From NCBI RefSeq assembly GCF_006345805.1, contig NC_043010.1, positions 4,464,001 to 4,528,000 of the forward strand: DNA of 64,000 bases, given 5' to 3'. A program made the translations under genes and the position numbers. This DNA is from Octopus sinensis. Its lineage: Eukaryota. Of this stretch, positions 14,171-27,665 are shown piece after piece (position 1 is the first letter of the stretch; every line of letters starts with the position of its first letter). The notes under the pieces were generated by a model, which saw only the letters and a list, made by a program, of their open reading frames with translations, did not search any database and was not told where the DNA came from.

Positions 14171-14579
14171 CATAGGAGTGGTTACAAACCACATGGTTCT
14201 GGGTTCAGTCCCACTGCGTGGCACCTTGGGCAAGTGTCTTCTACTATCGCCTTGGGCCTACCAAAGCCTTGTGAGTGGATTTGGTAGATGGAAAATGAAA
14301 GAAGCCCGTCGTATACATGTATATATATATATATGTTTGTGTGTGTATATGTTTGTGTGTCTGTGTTTGTTCCCCCAACATCGCTTGACAACCGATGCTG
14401 GTGTGTTTATGTCTCCGTAACATAGCGGTTTGGAAAAAAAGAGACCAATAGAATAAGTACTAGGCTTACAAAGAATAAGTCCTGGGGTCAATTTGCTTGA
14501 CTAAAGGTGGTGCTCCTGCATGGCCACAGTCAAATGACTGAAACAAGTGAAAGAGTAAAAGTGTAAAAGTGTAAAAGAG
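14171..14579 (+). mobile_element. SINE family A
   Basis: Full body and (aaaagtgt/aaaagagt) tail homologous to the other A copies. Confidence 0.85.
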
Positions 14580-15345
14580 GGCAGTTCCCTAGAACGGCTG
14601 CAGACAATGACTGAAATAACTAAAATATAAAAGATAGACATTATATTTTTTTATCTATATTTACTTAATTTTATATAATTTTATTTTATATCATTAATAT
14701 TTTATTTTATTGAAGTTTTATTCTCTCAGTAATATTTTATCCAGGCAAAATAAGGTTAAAAGAAGAACTAATACAAAAGTTGTATTCTTAACTTTGGAGT
14801 TGTTTGGAAGTGGGATTAAGGTTTTGAGACAAATGATGAAATCCTGTGTCAAAAATGGATTACAATTGCTGAAACTGAAGATGAAAATGGCTGTACACAT
14901 ATTTTGCATGTCAAACTATCATCAACTAAAACCTAGAATTAGATAGATTCCTCTTGTAGCAGTAGATAAGTCATATCCATCTTGTGTTAATAATATTTTG
15001 GCTTCATCTTTTGGTCAGCTTGTTACATTCCAAAAATAGTTTTGTGGTTGTGTGGTAAGAAACTTGCTGCCCAACCACATGGTACTGTGTTCAGTCCCAC
15101 TGTGTGGCACCTTGGGCAAGTATCTTCTACCAAATCCCCAGGTCACTCAAAGCCTTGTGAGTGGTTTTGCTAGATGGAAACTGAAAGAAACCTGTCACAC
15201 ACACACACACACACGCATGTATCTATGGGTGTGTCTTCACTTTTATGTCTGTCCACCATCAACAGTGGACAACTAGAGTTGGTTTGTTTATGTTCCTGAA
15301 AATTAACACTTTGTCATAAGAGGCTGTCAGAAGAGGTACCAGACT

Positions 15346-15567
15346 TTAAGCCTTTAGCATCCAGATTAATCTGTCAAATCTAATCTTCATTGTTTTGAAT
15401 TAATCATGCATTAATCTTGTAGGTTTGAGGTTTCAATGATGTAACTATTTATATTTATAATGACATTGTAGGGTAGAAGTGAGAGACCAGATTTGGTCAG
15501 TTTGAACATAGAATAGGTTGAATATTTCACCCAGTTTAAATGACGAGTTTAAATGCCAAAGGGTTAA
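15346..15567. mobile_element. TTAA-flanked MITE (piggyBac-like), inserted in a diverged SINE A
   Basis: ttaa-gcctttagcat ... atgccaaaggg-ttaa. A related partial copy starts ttaaccctttag at 17738. Confidence 0.65.
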
Positions 15568-15899
15568 GTATAAGCACTGAAGTTGATTTGTTCAACTAAA
15601 AAAAAAACCCTTCAGGGTGGTGCCCCAGCATGGCCATAGTCCAATGACTGAAACAAGTAAAGATGAAAAATTTCACTGAAATAATCCCATTGCCAATATA
15701 ATTTAGCCAAATCCCAAAACATAGCATCATAGCAATGTGTTTCTATGGTCTATGCTTAAATGAACAGATTAACTGGTGCTTTTAAATTATCAATCATGAT
15801 TGACTGATAATATATACACGACCAAATAGGACATTTGGATTACAGCGAGATGACAAAGAACTGTGTACATATGCTTCACATGTGTGGAAGGCATGTATA

Positions 15900-15991
<92 letters not shown>

Positions 15992-15999
15992 TATATAAA

Positions 16000-16033
<34 letters not shown>

Positions 16034-16768
16034 AATATATACATACTCATTCATTTGCTGGTGTGTGTATTTTTTATATTTGTGTGTGTGTGTGTTTGTG
16101 TGCATGTACATGTGTATGTGGTGTGTGTTTTATGTGTATGTATGTGTGTGTATATATATATATATGTGTGTGTGTGTGTTTGTACAGAGAGTCAACAGAT
16201 GAGACTGAGAGCATTTCAGTATGGAAAACAGTAGCGCCAAAATGATTTGGACTTACACTCTGATATCTTCACCAAGAACCAACTCAAAAAAGTAAAGAGT
16301 GGCTTTTAAGAGAATCCAAGTCAACAGAGAAAAGAGTGGCTATAAACAGAATCCAAGCCAGCAAATATAGAGACAATGATTGAAATAAACAGATAAAATC
16401 TTGGGTTTTAATGTACAAAATATATATATACATGTATACATGTGAAAAAGGAAGTTTAACTCATAATTTTTAGATGATAAACAATCATGTAAAAATATAA
16501 ATTTTTTATAGAGCACACTTACTCAGATTACATAGAAGGAAGACGGCATTAAAATCCTGATAGCTGTTTCTGGAGGCTCAGAGTTACTTCATAATGTTAA
16601 CAAATGTAGTCAATCAAGAAATTTGAAGCCAGTAAAGGAAGCAAACAAACATTGGTAAGTTCTAGAGCTTCCTTCATCTGGGTGGATAGATAAGGGTATA
16701 ACATCAGATCATTATGCAGGAAAATTATAATGTGTAGGAAAATATGCATGTATATATATATATATATA

Positions 16769-17076
16769 TCACGTGATCACGTGACCGACCAGGCTATCAG
16801 ATGTTGCTACAATCGCTGGTCACAATGCGCTTCGCATTGTTTTAGCCTTCAAATGATGCCATCCCACTGGCTAAGCGAGCAGGCCAACAGAAGAAAGAGT
16901 GAGAGAAAGTTGCGGCGAAAGAGTACAGCAGGGATTGCCACCACCCTCTGGCCAGAGCCTCATGAAGCTATAGGTGTTTTTGCTCAATAAATACTCACAA
17001 TGCCAGGTCTGGAAATTGAAACCACGATCCTACGACCGCGAGTCCGCTGCCCTAACCACTGGGCCATTGCGCCTCC
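16769..17076 (-). mobile_element. SINE family B, tail type i
   Basis: Near-identical to 9762-10063. Confidence 0.85.
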
Positions 17077-17208
17077 ACATATATATATATATATGTGTGT
17101 ATATATATATGTGTATATATATGTGTATATATATATGTGTGTGTATATATATATATATATGTGTGTGTATATATATATATATATATACACACACATATAT
17201 ATATATAT

Positions 17209-17249
<41 letters not shown>

Positions 17250-18138
17250 GAGAGAGGGGAGAGAGAAAGAGAGAAAAGATAGATAAGATAAAAGTAAAAT
17301 ATATCAACCTTTGTAACATTTGAGCTCAAACTATGCAAGTATGAAATTAAATAAAATATTGCAGCTCTGAATTCTAGCCTGACTGTCTTTCTGTCTCCAC
17401 AGACTAATGAAAGCAATACTGATTACAAAGCAGAGTATAATTTGCAACATGTAACACATCTACATATATATATATATATATATACATAGAGAGAGAGAGA
17501 GTGAGAGAGAAGAAATGCAAGTAGTATACGTCTACTAACATATATTAATAGGTATGTACAAAAATTGTTAAGATCAGCTTTGCACTAAAACTCTAGCTTA
17601 AAGTGCAAATGGGAACAAGGTGTTGAAATTGCCTATCCAAGGTGGCTAGAACTGGGACCTTGATTCAGCGGATATAAATAGACCAAAAATGGAATACAGT
17701 TATGATAGATAAGTACAGTATCCTTTCATTGGAGAGTTTAACCCTTTAGTGTTTGCATTATTCTGCTAAAATTAATGCTTCTTCAACCGCATTGTTTTGA
17801 ACTAATCCTGCATTATCTTGTAGCTATGAGATTTTGATGAGGTAGATTTTAAAACGATATTGTAGGGTTGGTGTGAGAGACCAGATATGGCCAGTTTGAA
17901 CATAAAACAAGCAGAGTATAGGTAAAGCAGTACAGAATGAGGGATCATCAGATCACTACTAATGTCCTCAATTAAGGATCTCTCTTTCTGTACTTCTTTC
18001 CTTTGAACACTCTGATGATGGGATTCTTGGATTATGTAAATTCATTACACATTAGCTTGACCCACTTGCTAAGGTATTCCAGAAACATCTGTAAGAGATT
18101 TTGCTTATCTACCACAACTGTTTTATACTTTATACTTT

Positions 18139-18460
18139 ACTATCAGTATCGTCCGGCGTTGCTCGGGTTTGTAAGGGAAATAACTATATAAGCATTTTTA
18201 GAGAGTTGACATTATATAAGGGCTTTTTTCCCTTATATAATAGCAAAAAAATGCATTAAAAATGGGAAAAATTCATGGTAAATTTTTTTTTAAATCGTAG
18301 ACTCATTGTAGACGTGTGCTAATACCCAGAAGGGCTCGATATGAATCACGACTATAAGATACCCGGTTTTGGTTAAACTGCACTGCAAAATGTGGGAGTA
18401 GTTAGGAATCTAAATCGTAGGAGACAGACACCACACAACCTCACTTTTATATATAAAGAT
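18139..18460 (+). mobile_element. Helentron/DINE-1-like non-autonomous element
   Basis: 5' actatcagtatcgtccggcgttgctcggg subterminal stem-loop and 3' gacagac...cttttatatataaagat. Inserted in a T-rich site with no TSD. Confidence 0.6.
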
Positions 18461-18589
18461 TTGCACTCTTTACTATGAAGAAAATATCCCTGAGTAACGC
18501 CAAATGCTTTGCTTATCTGTATTCCATTTTTTATTTATTTATATATATGCATATAGACAGAGAGGGATAGAGAGAGAGAAATGAGATGA

Positions 18590-19140
18590 AATTTCAGTTT
18601 GAATATGATCTTCTTCATATATCTGAATTGTTTAAAAATGCTCTAGAGGTTGCTAAGCAGACTGGAGAAACCATATTGGTGAATATTAAGAAGATAATAA
18701 AGGTCTAACTAGAAGCTTCTTCATACCCATCAAATATTTAAGAACATCAAAATAGAAATTTAATTTCCCTGTTTAGCAAAGTACAGTTGTTCAGAGTTCA
18801 TTAAAGCTATAAATTTGCCTCTGTAGAATAAATAGGCTGTTTAGAATACCAGGTTAAAATACTTTAGAGATAGTTAAATAGAGCTTCACAAGATTCATAA
18901 TTAATGTTGGGCGCTTTGTTGGAATTAATAAGTCATAAAGTATCTCATTATGCTTGAACCAAACTGAGTTTCATTTTAATAAGTGTGATAATGCATTGCT
19001 GATTAATACAGTCCAGAATGGGGAAGCAATGAAGTTATTATCTTTGCTTAGTATTCTGGCTAATATCCTTTTATCAGAGCCTGTTTTGGTGGTTGAAAAG
19101 GAAGAAAGTGTAAGGTTCAATGTTTTATTATATCCTTAAA
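18590..19140 (-). mobile_element. Decayed CR1/L2-type reverse transcriptase fragment
   Basis: Minus frames with shifts give DLINSNKAP...CEALFNYL...YEKLLVRPLL...LLNIHQYGFSSLLSNL, the RT domain 0-2 region. Confidence 0.55.
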
Positions 19141-19563
19141 TAAATTGCAGAAAGTGGCAAACTGGCAAAATCATTAGCATATCAAACAAAATGCATAGTG
19201 GCATTTCTATCAGCTTTTTACATTCTGAGTTCAGATCTTGCCATGGCCAACTCTGGTTTTCATCCCTTGGGGGTTCATAAAAGTACAAATCAAGTACTGG
19301 GGTTGATGTAATCAACTGCCCCCCCACCACCACAAAAAAAACAAGAAAAAATTGCTGGCCTTAAAACCTGCTGTTGACTGGTTTCATATTCAGAGGAATG
19401 TCGTGATCTTGGTCACTTTACATTATGGAATTCATGTAACCATTCTTAGGGGTCCTATGGTCATTTACAAACATCCCATGATGGAAAAACAAGGGTACAC
19501 AAGCACACATGCTGGCCCCATATATATATATATATGTATATATATGTATGTATATATATAAAT

Positions 19564-19960
19564 ATCATCATCATCATCATCATCATTTAATGTCCGTTGT
19601 CTGTGCTGGCATGGGTTGGACTGGGCTGGCATGCAGGAAGGCTGTACCAGACTCCAGTCTGATTTGGCATGGTTTTCTATGGCTGGATGCTCTTGCTAAT
19701 GCTGACCACTCTGAGAGTGTAATGGGTGCTTTTACGTGCCACCAGCACGGGTGCCATTTGTGTGACACTGGGGCGCATTTATGTGCCACCAGCATGAATG
19801 CCAATTTGCATAACCCCGGTATCTGCCACAACTGCAATTTTCCTCAGCTTGATGGGTCTTCTTCTCATGCATGACATAATGCCAAAGGTCTTGGTCATTG
19901 CCTCTATGAGGTGCAACTCTCAAAAGGAGGAACTCAGCTACTTTGCCTAACGCTCGAAAG
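19564..19960 (-). mobile_element. RTE-type 3' end (C-terminal remnant plus family D tail with (GAT)n)
   Basis: Minus strand DQDLWHYVMHEK followed by the ggcacgtaaaagcaccc...gcatccagcc tail and (tga)n. Confidence 0.6.
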
Positions 19961-19984
19961 GAAATATATTGTATATTATATATA

Positions 19985-20044
<60 letters not shown>

Positions 20045-20169
20045 GTATGTTTGTATGTATATATATATAGATATATATATATATATTTACAACGGGCTTT
20101 TCCTGTTTCTAGTACCAAATCCACTCACAAGGTTTTGCTTGGCTCAGGAATATAGATGAAGACACTTGC

Positions 20170-20399
20170 TTAACCCTCTTGATACCAACCCGGCTGAAAC
20201 CGCCTCTGGCTCTATAGTACCAGTGTTTTGTTTCCGTAAGTTTTGAATTCAAATCTTCCACCAAACCTTAGTCACAACTTATGTTCCTAACACTAGCTTA
20301 ATGATAACCAAGTTATTTTACTAAATTCTTTGTTATATTTAAAATTAATTGAAAGAAACAGAGAGCATGTCAACAGGAATACGGTACCAAAATGGTTAA
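20170..20399. mobile_element. TTAA-flanked MITE inserted in a diverged SINE A
   Basis: ttaa-ccctcttgatacc ... ggtaccaaaatgg-ttaa. The SINE sequence gacacttgc|tgtcatacag resumes on both sides. Second copy at 32343-32551. Confidence 0.7.
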
Positions 20400-20809
20400 T
20401 GTCATACAGTTGGATTGAACCTAAGATCACATGGGTAGGAAGCAAGCTTCATAGCGACACACAAACGCACCACATATATGAAGAGGTTCTGCTCTGTTTT
20501 CAATCAACAAAATTCACTCATAAGACTGGTCAGTCTGAGACTGCCTTCCCAAGATTTAGACAATGAACTGAACTTGGAACCAGATGGTTGCAAAACCATT
20601 TGTAAAATATCTGTCGACAAAGCAAATTTGAAAGGTCCCTGAAGCAGAAGCGAGAACAGAGCGAGAAGTGACTGTAAACGGTGGGCACTAACATATTGAA
20701 TGTAATGAACCAAGAAGATTTAATTAATTAAAATTATACCCTTAATGATGAGAAACAACCATTATCTTGATGACTGATCCTGATCGAAAGTGATAGGGCT
20801 GTTGTTGTT

Positions 20810-21050
20810 GTTGGAGGTGGTGGTGGTGGTGGTGGTAATGCTAAGGTGGTGGTGGTGGTTGAAGTGTGAATGGTGATGGTGGATGACAGTGAAGATGGCA
20901 GTGATGGTTGCAGTGGTGATAAAAGTGTTGTTGTTGGTGGTGGTGAAGGTGTTGATAGTGGTGGTGGTGGTGGCGGTGGCAAAGGTATTGGTGGTGGTGG
21001 TGGTGGTGGTGGTGGTGGTGGTGGATGTAGTATGAAGGTAGTGGTATGGT
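20810..21050. repeat. (GGT)n/(GTT)n low-complexity tract
   Basis: Direct inspection. Confidence 0.9.
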
Positions 21051-21689
21051 CACATCTCAGAATTGTAAGTCTCTCAGAAATGGCAGCAAATAACAAAATA
21101 AAATGCATCCAGACATGGGAAAATGGACACCAAACTGAGCAGTCTGTGAGTGTGTGGTGTGTGTGTGTGTGTGTATGCATATATGTGTGTGAGTTTGTAA
21201 GTGTATGTAAGTATGTGTGAGTATATGAGTATGCGTGTGCTGGTTTATTTATGAGTTTGTGTATGTGAGAGATAGAGAGGGAGAGAGAGAGAGAAAGTAC
21301 AGGTGTCTGTGTGTGTATAAGAGAGAGAGAGAGAGAGAGAGAGAGTGAGAGAGGGTGAGTGTATTGCGAAAGAGTGCACATGTGCATACATGCATGTGTC
21401 TGTGCTTCACTTTTTGCTGTCATTCAGTATTTTTTGCTAAGCAAAGCATTAAATTGTCGTCCATGCATGAACAGCAAGTCTTAAATCAGGTAAAACACCT
21501 TTGTGTAATGCAAGAGTGAAGAAGGAGGAGGCGAGTAGAGAAGTATTAATGTCGTAATCACCCTCATCATCATCAATATCATCATTGTTACCAACATCAT
21601 TTGCTCTGTTGTTTCGCATTAACTTTCCCCATTCTGGTATGGGTCAGTATGGTTTGTTTCAAAGCACTTTTCTCAATCCTTCATCATCT

Positions 21690-21722
<33 letters not shown>

Positions 21723-21738
21723 TAACAACAGCAACAGT

Positions 21739-22235
21739 GGAGACACAATGGCCCAGTGGTTAGGGCAGCGAACTCACGGTCATAAGAATGCAGTTTCGAT
21801 TCCCAGACCGGGCATAGTGAGTGTTTTTTTGAGCAAAAACACCTAAGCTCCACGAGGCTCCGATGGGGAGGGGTGGTGAACCCCGCTGTACTCTTTCACC
21901 AGAATTTTCTCTCACTACTTCTGCCACAAAGCAGAGGAACCATGGGGTAACCCACTATGGTATGGTTCACTTTCAGACCCTAGTCTAGATTGCGAATCCT
22001 CTGTACCCCAGGATGGTTCAGCTCTCCACCAGTTAAAAGCCACTGTTTACGGAATGAGGATAACAATGTAGCTTTCGCACCCATGCAACCGCCAGTCTAT
22101 TGTGTGTGGTGGGTGGATCTTCAAGTTGCCACACACATTCTTAGTAGCTTAGAGTAGGCTCGAATTAGAGATTATTCTTTGTGGCTAATGGCATGAGTCC
22201 TGATCGGAAAAAGAACAACAGCAACAATCAGAACA
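21739..22235 (+). mobile_element. SINE family B head with tail type v
   Basis: ggagacacaatggcccagtggttagggcagcg head. Shares the body to about 21920, then a unique tail ending in aac-rich repeats. Confidence 0.6.
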
Positions 22236-22750
22236 ACTAGAGAAAAACCCACTAACATTCTTGTTTCGTTCTAGAGACATGGGTTTTCAGCTGTGTGCTC
22301 CATCTAGCACCAACCACTTTACAATATGAACTGCATGTATTTTATAGCACCACTTGCATTAGAGAAATTGTCTGCACAACGGCTAAAAAGGCCCCCACTA
22401 TTCTCTAGAATATCCACAATGAATTGCAGAGTTCATATCGCCATTCTTTCACCTTCACAATTTTTTCCTTGAATTCTTCGGCTATATGTCCTTCATACTA
22501 TTAACCACTTTGCAGTGTGAATTGGGTACGTTTTTGTACCACTGGCATTATTTCATACCTTGAGGTCTCCTTCTTTTATTTATACTCCTAAAGATTATTA
22601 TATTGATTCTATTTGTTAGCATATCATTTTGATGCGTTCATGTACTGCAGTTTCCCTGCCTTGGTTCTGTATGCGTCTGTGTTTTCACTTTCTTTGCTGA
22701 GATAATATTTTGCCATTACTTTAGAAATTTCCTATAGTGAATATTTCCTA

Positions 22751-23067
22751 ACTGGCTTCTGTGCCAGTGGCACGTAAAAAACATCGAACGTGGCTGATGC
22801 TAGCGCCGCCTTGACTGGCTTCTGTGCCAGTGGCACGTAAAAAGCACCAACCGATCGTGGCCACTGCCAGTCTCCCCTGGCACCTGTGCCAGTGGCATGT
22901 AAAAAGCACCCACTACACTCACGGAGTGGTTGGCATTAGGAAGGGCATCCAGCTGTAGAAACACTGCCAGATCAGACTGAACCTGGTACAGCCTCCTGGC
23001 TTCCCAGACCCAGTCGAACTATCCAACCCATGCTAGCATGGAAAACGGACGTTAAACGATGAACGAT
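22751..23067 (+). mobile_element. Family D: RTE-tail element with three ~62-bp modules
   Basis: ctgtgccagtggca(c/t)gtaaaaa at 22759, 22822 and 22884, then the ggaagggcatccagc...gttaaacgatga tail. Confidence 0.8.
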
Positions 23068-23536
23068 ATATGTATGTGTAACAGTGTCTGTACAAGCATA
23101 CACACGTATTTACATGAAGACATATGTACATATACTCACACTGGGATTTCATTTGTTTTGTAGACTGTTATTATTTTTTTAAATAAAAATCTATGACATC
23201 CAAGTTACAAATATCTTACTTTTCTATTTTTCTATACAATGTCAATGAAATAGAAAATAACAAACACCATTTTATCATTTGATCATTCAAATCAGAGCAT
23301 CAAATGAAAACATTGAAACAAAATCAGAGAAAGAAAAGAGAATTTAAAACTGACACTTTTAGAATAATTCAGCAGGAACAGGCTGTGTGGTTAAGAAGCT
23401 TGCTTTTCAACCATATGTTTGGGGTTCAGTCCTACTGTGTGGCACTTTGGGGAAGTGTCATTCACTATAACCCTGAGTTGACCAATGCCTTCGGAATGAA
23501 TATGGTTGACAGAAACTGTGCATATATATATATATA

Positions 23537-23648
23537 TCACGTGACCGACCAGACCATCAGATGTTGTTACACATCGCTGGTCACAATGCGCTTCGCATTG
23601 TTTTAGCCTTCGAATGACGCCACCCCGCTGGCTAAGCGAGCAGGCCAA
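23537..23648 (-). mobile_element. Partial SINE B nested in the (TA)n of a diverged SINE A (about 23385-23880)
   Basis: tcacgtgaccgaccagacc...gcaggcc flanked by (TA)n, with SINE A halves on each side. Confidence 0.75.
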
Positions 23649-23939
23649 TATATATATATGGGTGTGTGTGTGTGTCCTTATGTTTCTGTTTGTCCCTCTG
23701 CCACCACTTGACAACTGTTATTGGTTTGTTTACATCCCTGTAACTTAGCAGTTTGTTAAAGAAAACCGATAGGATAAGTAATAAATTTTAAAAAATAAGC
23801 ACTGTAGTTGATTTCTGTAACTAAAGCTTTCAAAGAAATGCCCCAGCATGGCCACAACCTAGTAACTAAAACAAGTAAAAGAAGTAAAAATATCTTAAGA
23901 AATAAGAACTTATGAAGGATGGATATGTTATAGAATTAC

Positions 23940-24150
23940 AATATGGTTTGCAGGAGCAACTGCTTTCAAAGTCGTATCTTGTTGTTTGAATGCTCGAAAT
24001 AAGGAGTAGAAGGACAGCCAACGACTGATGAAGGGTCGTTTTTTTTGTTATTTGTCTTGTTTCCCATTTGTTTCTCTTGTTTTTTGCATACCCAACGTTA
24101 TTTTCATATTTCATGTTTGTTTACGTTTTTGTGACGTCCTGTACGGATAT
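23940..24150 (+). mobile_element. Penelope-like terminal fragment with collapsed hammerhead remnant
   Basis: AACGA-CTGATGA-AGGG-TCGTT at 24020-24040 followed by a T-rich tail into (AT)n. Confidence 0.4.
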
Positions 24151-24203
24151 ATGCATAGCTATATACATATATATGTATGTTTGTATATATGTGTGTCTAT
24201 ATA

Positions 24204-24276
<73 letters not shown>

Positions 24277-24354
24277 GTACATATATATATATGTACATAT
24301 ATATATATATAGATAGATAATATTATATATAGCTATATTTATATATTTTATATA

Positions 24355-24767
24355 TACTCTTTTACTCTTTTACTCTTTTACTTCTTTCAGTCATTTGACT
24401 GCAGCCATGCTGGAGCACCACCTATAATCGAGCAACTTGACCCCGGGACTTATTCTTTGTAAGCCCAGTACTTATTCTATTGGTCTCTTTTGCCGAACCA
24501 CTAAGTGACAGGGACATAAACACACCAGCATCGGTTGTCAAGCAATGCTAGGGGGACAAACAGAAACATACAGGCACACATATATACATATATACATACA
24601 TATATATGACGGGCTTCTTTCAGTTTCCGTCTACCAAATCCACTCACAAGGCTTTGGTCGGCCCAAGGCTATAGTAGAAGACACTTGCCCAAGGTGCCAC
24701 GCAGTGGGACTGAACCCGGAACCATGTGGTTGGTTAGCAAGCTACTTATCACACAGCCACTCCTGTG
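24355..24767 (-). mobile_element. SINE family A
   Basis: Reverse complement of the A consensus with (ctctttta)n tail. Confidence 0.9.
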
Positions 24768-25101
24768 TTTCTTTCCATGGTCACATGTGTAAAAAGAGAT
24801 TGAAGCAACAGATGGAGGGAAAGTCATTGGCTGTCAAAGATATTAAATATAGGTAAGGGGGAGTGAAGGAATTACAATTACAGGCTGGAGTAGCAGCCAT
24901 TTTGGTCATAATAAAATTACAAATTTTGTCATAAATTTTCAGTGAACTTCATAGTTTATTTCAAAATAGTTAAAAACAAAAAAGATTTGAAAACAATACA
25001 TCACATGTTCATTTTAAATTATGGAAGCTCACACAAACACACAACAGCACAAATATGTACGTGCACACACATACACACAAATTTACCCACATCCACCCAC
25101 G

Positions 25102-25488
25102 CATGTGGAAGCACTCCGTCGGTTACGACGATGAGGGTTCCGGTTGATCCGAATCAACGGAACAGCCTGCTCGTGAAATTAATGTGTAAGTGGCTGAGCA
25201 CTCCACAGACACGTGTACCCTTAACGTAGTTCTCAGGGATATTCAGCGTGACACAGAGAGTGACAAGGCCGGCCCCTTGAAATACAGGCACAACAGAAAC
25301 AGGAAGTAAGAGTGAGAGAAAGTTGTGGTGAAAGAGTACAGCAGGGATCACCACCATCCCCTGCCGGAGCCTCGTGGAGCTTTAGGTGTTTTTGCTCAAT
25401 AAACACTCACAACGCCCGGTCTGGGAATCGAAACCGTGATCCTGCAACCGCGAGTCCGCTGCCCTAACCACAGGGCCATTGCGCCTCC
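25102..25488 (-). mobile_element. SINE family B head with tail type ii
   Basis: Same head and centre as 9762-10063 but a different 3' half. Confidence 0.8.
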
Positions 25489-26683
25489 ACACCCACACAT
25501 GTAGACACACCCACATCCACCCACACTCACACAGCAATATGACCTTTTGTTTTTAAATGGATCTCAAAGAATATATAAAGCTATAAATAATAACATGTCA
25601 ATATTGGGTAGAAAAATCTTTTTTTGGATAGAAAAAGTCAGGAATATAACTTTTGTTTAATCATTAACTAAAACATTGCAGGTTGTTTTAGAAAAACTAC
25701 TTTTTAAACAAAACAAAATAGTTTAATATTTAACACACACACATGAACACATACATGCACACACACACATGCACATGCACCCACACACATATGCATACAC
25801 ATACGTATTCACATACAGACACACACATTCGCACATATAGTTTGGTCTCCTCTTTAAAATGCATATTTTTGAATGAAGTTGGGAAAAATACTTTTTCATT
25901 GATGTATATTATGATTATGGTGACAAAAATTTGAAAAAAAAAAAAAAGAATTTAAAGGATGTGTTCTGGATCATTCTCTTCTTCAACTGACTTGTTATGC
26001 AATTTTTGTATTCTGAGTGATTTAAAAAAAAATTATATCAGTCACAACCTGTATACACAAAAACATGGTAAAATTTTGCTGAAAAATCCATTTTCAAGAG
26101 AGTTATGTAGAAATAAAGTTGTTAAGGTTGGAAGTGACCAAAATCTCTTAAAAATGAAAAAAAGAATTTATTTTATTATAATAATCATAAACAACACTCT
26201 TGACAATGTATCTCTAAAAATTTTCATAAAAAATATGAACTTTTCAGAAAGAAACAAAACTAGAACAGCTAACTATAGTTTGGTGTAGTTATACACACAC
26301 ATATAATAATAATAGTCTCAAAGAAGTATATATTTAATTTTGCACATACTCTCACACACTTTGATATAGAAATTATTTTTAAAAAAATATTTAGTATTTA
26401 ATTTCATACCTCCACCTTTGTTTTCTCATAACCTGAAATATGCACATTTTTTAAATAAAATTTTGCAGAGATGCATTTTTGAAAACATGGTTTACAACTA
26501 TGCTGATAAAATTTAGAAAGTTCTGGATCAATCTTCCCTGCTCCCAACATTTTCCAGTGCACTCATTTTAAATGTGGTTCTGCAAAATCCCATTTAAAAA
26601 TATGGAATCAAAAAAGAGTTATGTGGAAACGAAATCAAGAGTCTGGGGGAATGAGCTGAAACTTTTCGAAAAACATTTTGAAT

Positions 26684-27091
26684 AGGTGCAGGAGTGGCTG
26701 TGTGGTAAGTAGCTTGTCTACCAACCACATGGTTCCTGGTTCAGTCCCACTGTGTGGTACCTTGGGCAAGTGTCTTTTACTATAGCCTCGGGCCGACCAA
26801 AGCCTTGTGAGTGGATTTGGTAGACGGAAACTGAAAGAAGCCCGTCGTATATATGTATATATATATATGTGCATGTGTGTGTTTGTGTGTCTGTGTTTGT
26901 CCCTTAGCATTGCTTGACAACCGATGCTGGTGTGTTTATGTCCCCGTTACTTAGCGGTTCGGCAAAAGAGACCAATAGAATAAGTACTGGGCTTACAAAA
27001 GAATAAGTCCCGGGGTCGAGTTGCTCGATTAAAGGCGGTGCTCCAGCATGGCCACAGTCAAATGACTGAAACAAGTAAAAGAGTAAAGAGT
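26684..27091 (+). mobile_element. SINE family A, full length
   Basis: aggtgcaggagtggctgtgtggtaagtagc ... aaaagagtaaagag. Confidence 0.9.
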
Positions 27092-27413
27092 AATATGTTT
27101 TGTCAAAATAATCATAACCTACACTTTCAAATACTTCTCTGTGATAAATCTATTGTCATATCTGACAACATTAGCATAATCATCATTATAGTTTTAGACG
27201 TTCATCTTTCCATGCTTGCATGGATCAGATGGATTTCATTGAAACAGATTTTTCTGTGACCAACCCTCACCTGCTTCAAGGTAAGGTGATATTTCCCCTT
27301 AACTGTGGACCTTCTTTCATGGAAAGATAGAGGTGAATGGCACCACTAGTATGATGGTGACATTCACTTACTACCATCACATGATGTCAAGATAAGGAGA
27401 CACATCCCCACGC

Positions 27414-27471
<58 letters not shown>

Positions 27472-27539
27472 ATACACACATACATATATATATATATTTA
27501 TATATATATGCACACACACATACTAGCTTAAAAGCCGCA

Positions 27540-27665
27540 CACCATGCAGACTTTTAATAATAAAGATATAATAGGACTTTTTGAACATTGAATGGCTAGG
27601 AGGGTCCATTTAAGTAAAATAGGAATCGAAAGGGTCAATAAGTAAAAAATGGTTGAGAACCACTG
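27540..27665. mobile_element. hAT/Charlie-like non-autonomous end
   Basis: Ends aaaaaatggttgagaaccactg, the reverse complement of a CAGTGGTTCTCAACC-type TIR. Other end not seen. Confidence 0.45.

Noticed and set aside
16535-16654. Possible exon KEDGIKILIAVSGGSELL... ending at gtaagt
   Set aside because: An equally good donor exists on the opposite strand, the acceptor is weak and no protein family is recognisable.
18954-19139. Signal-peptide-like ORF MKLLSLLSILANILLSEP with a gtaagg donor
   Set aside because: It is the antisense of a decayed CR1-type RT fragment.
20555-20638. p24/TMED-like GTFQICFVDRYF in one minus frame
   Set aside because: In-frame stop with no convincing donor and only superficial similarity.
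22759-22910. CRISPR-like repeat-spacer look (about 27-nt repeat, 35-nt spacer)
   Set aside because: The spacers are homologous to each other, the unit is part of a dispersed retroelement tail, the host is eukaryotic and no cas genes are present.
24797-24852. IEATDGG cadherin-like motif next to a gtaagg donor
   Set aside because: That frame stops before the donor, the acceptor is weak and no other cadherin motifs are present.
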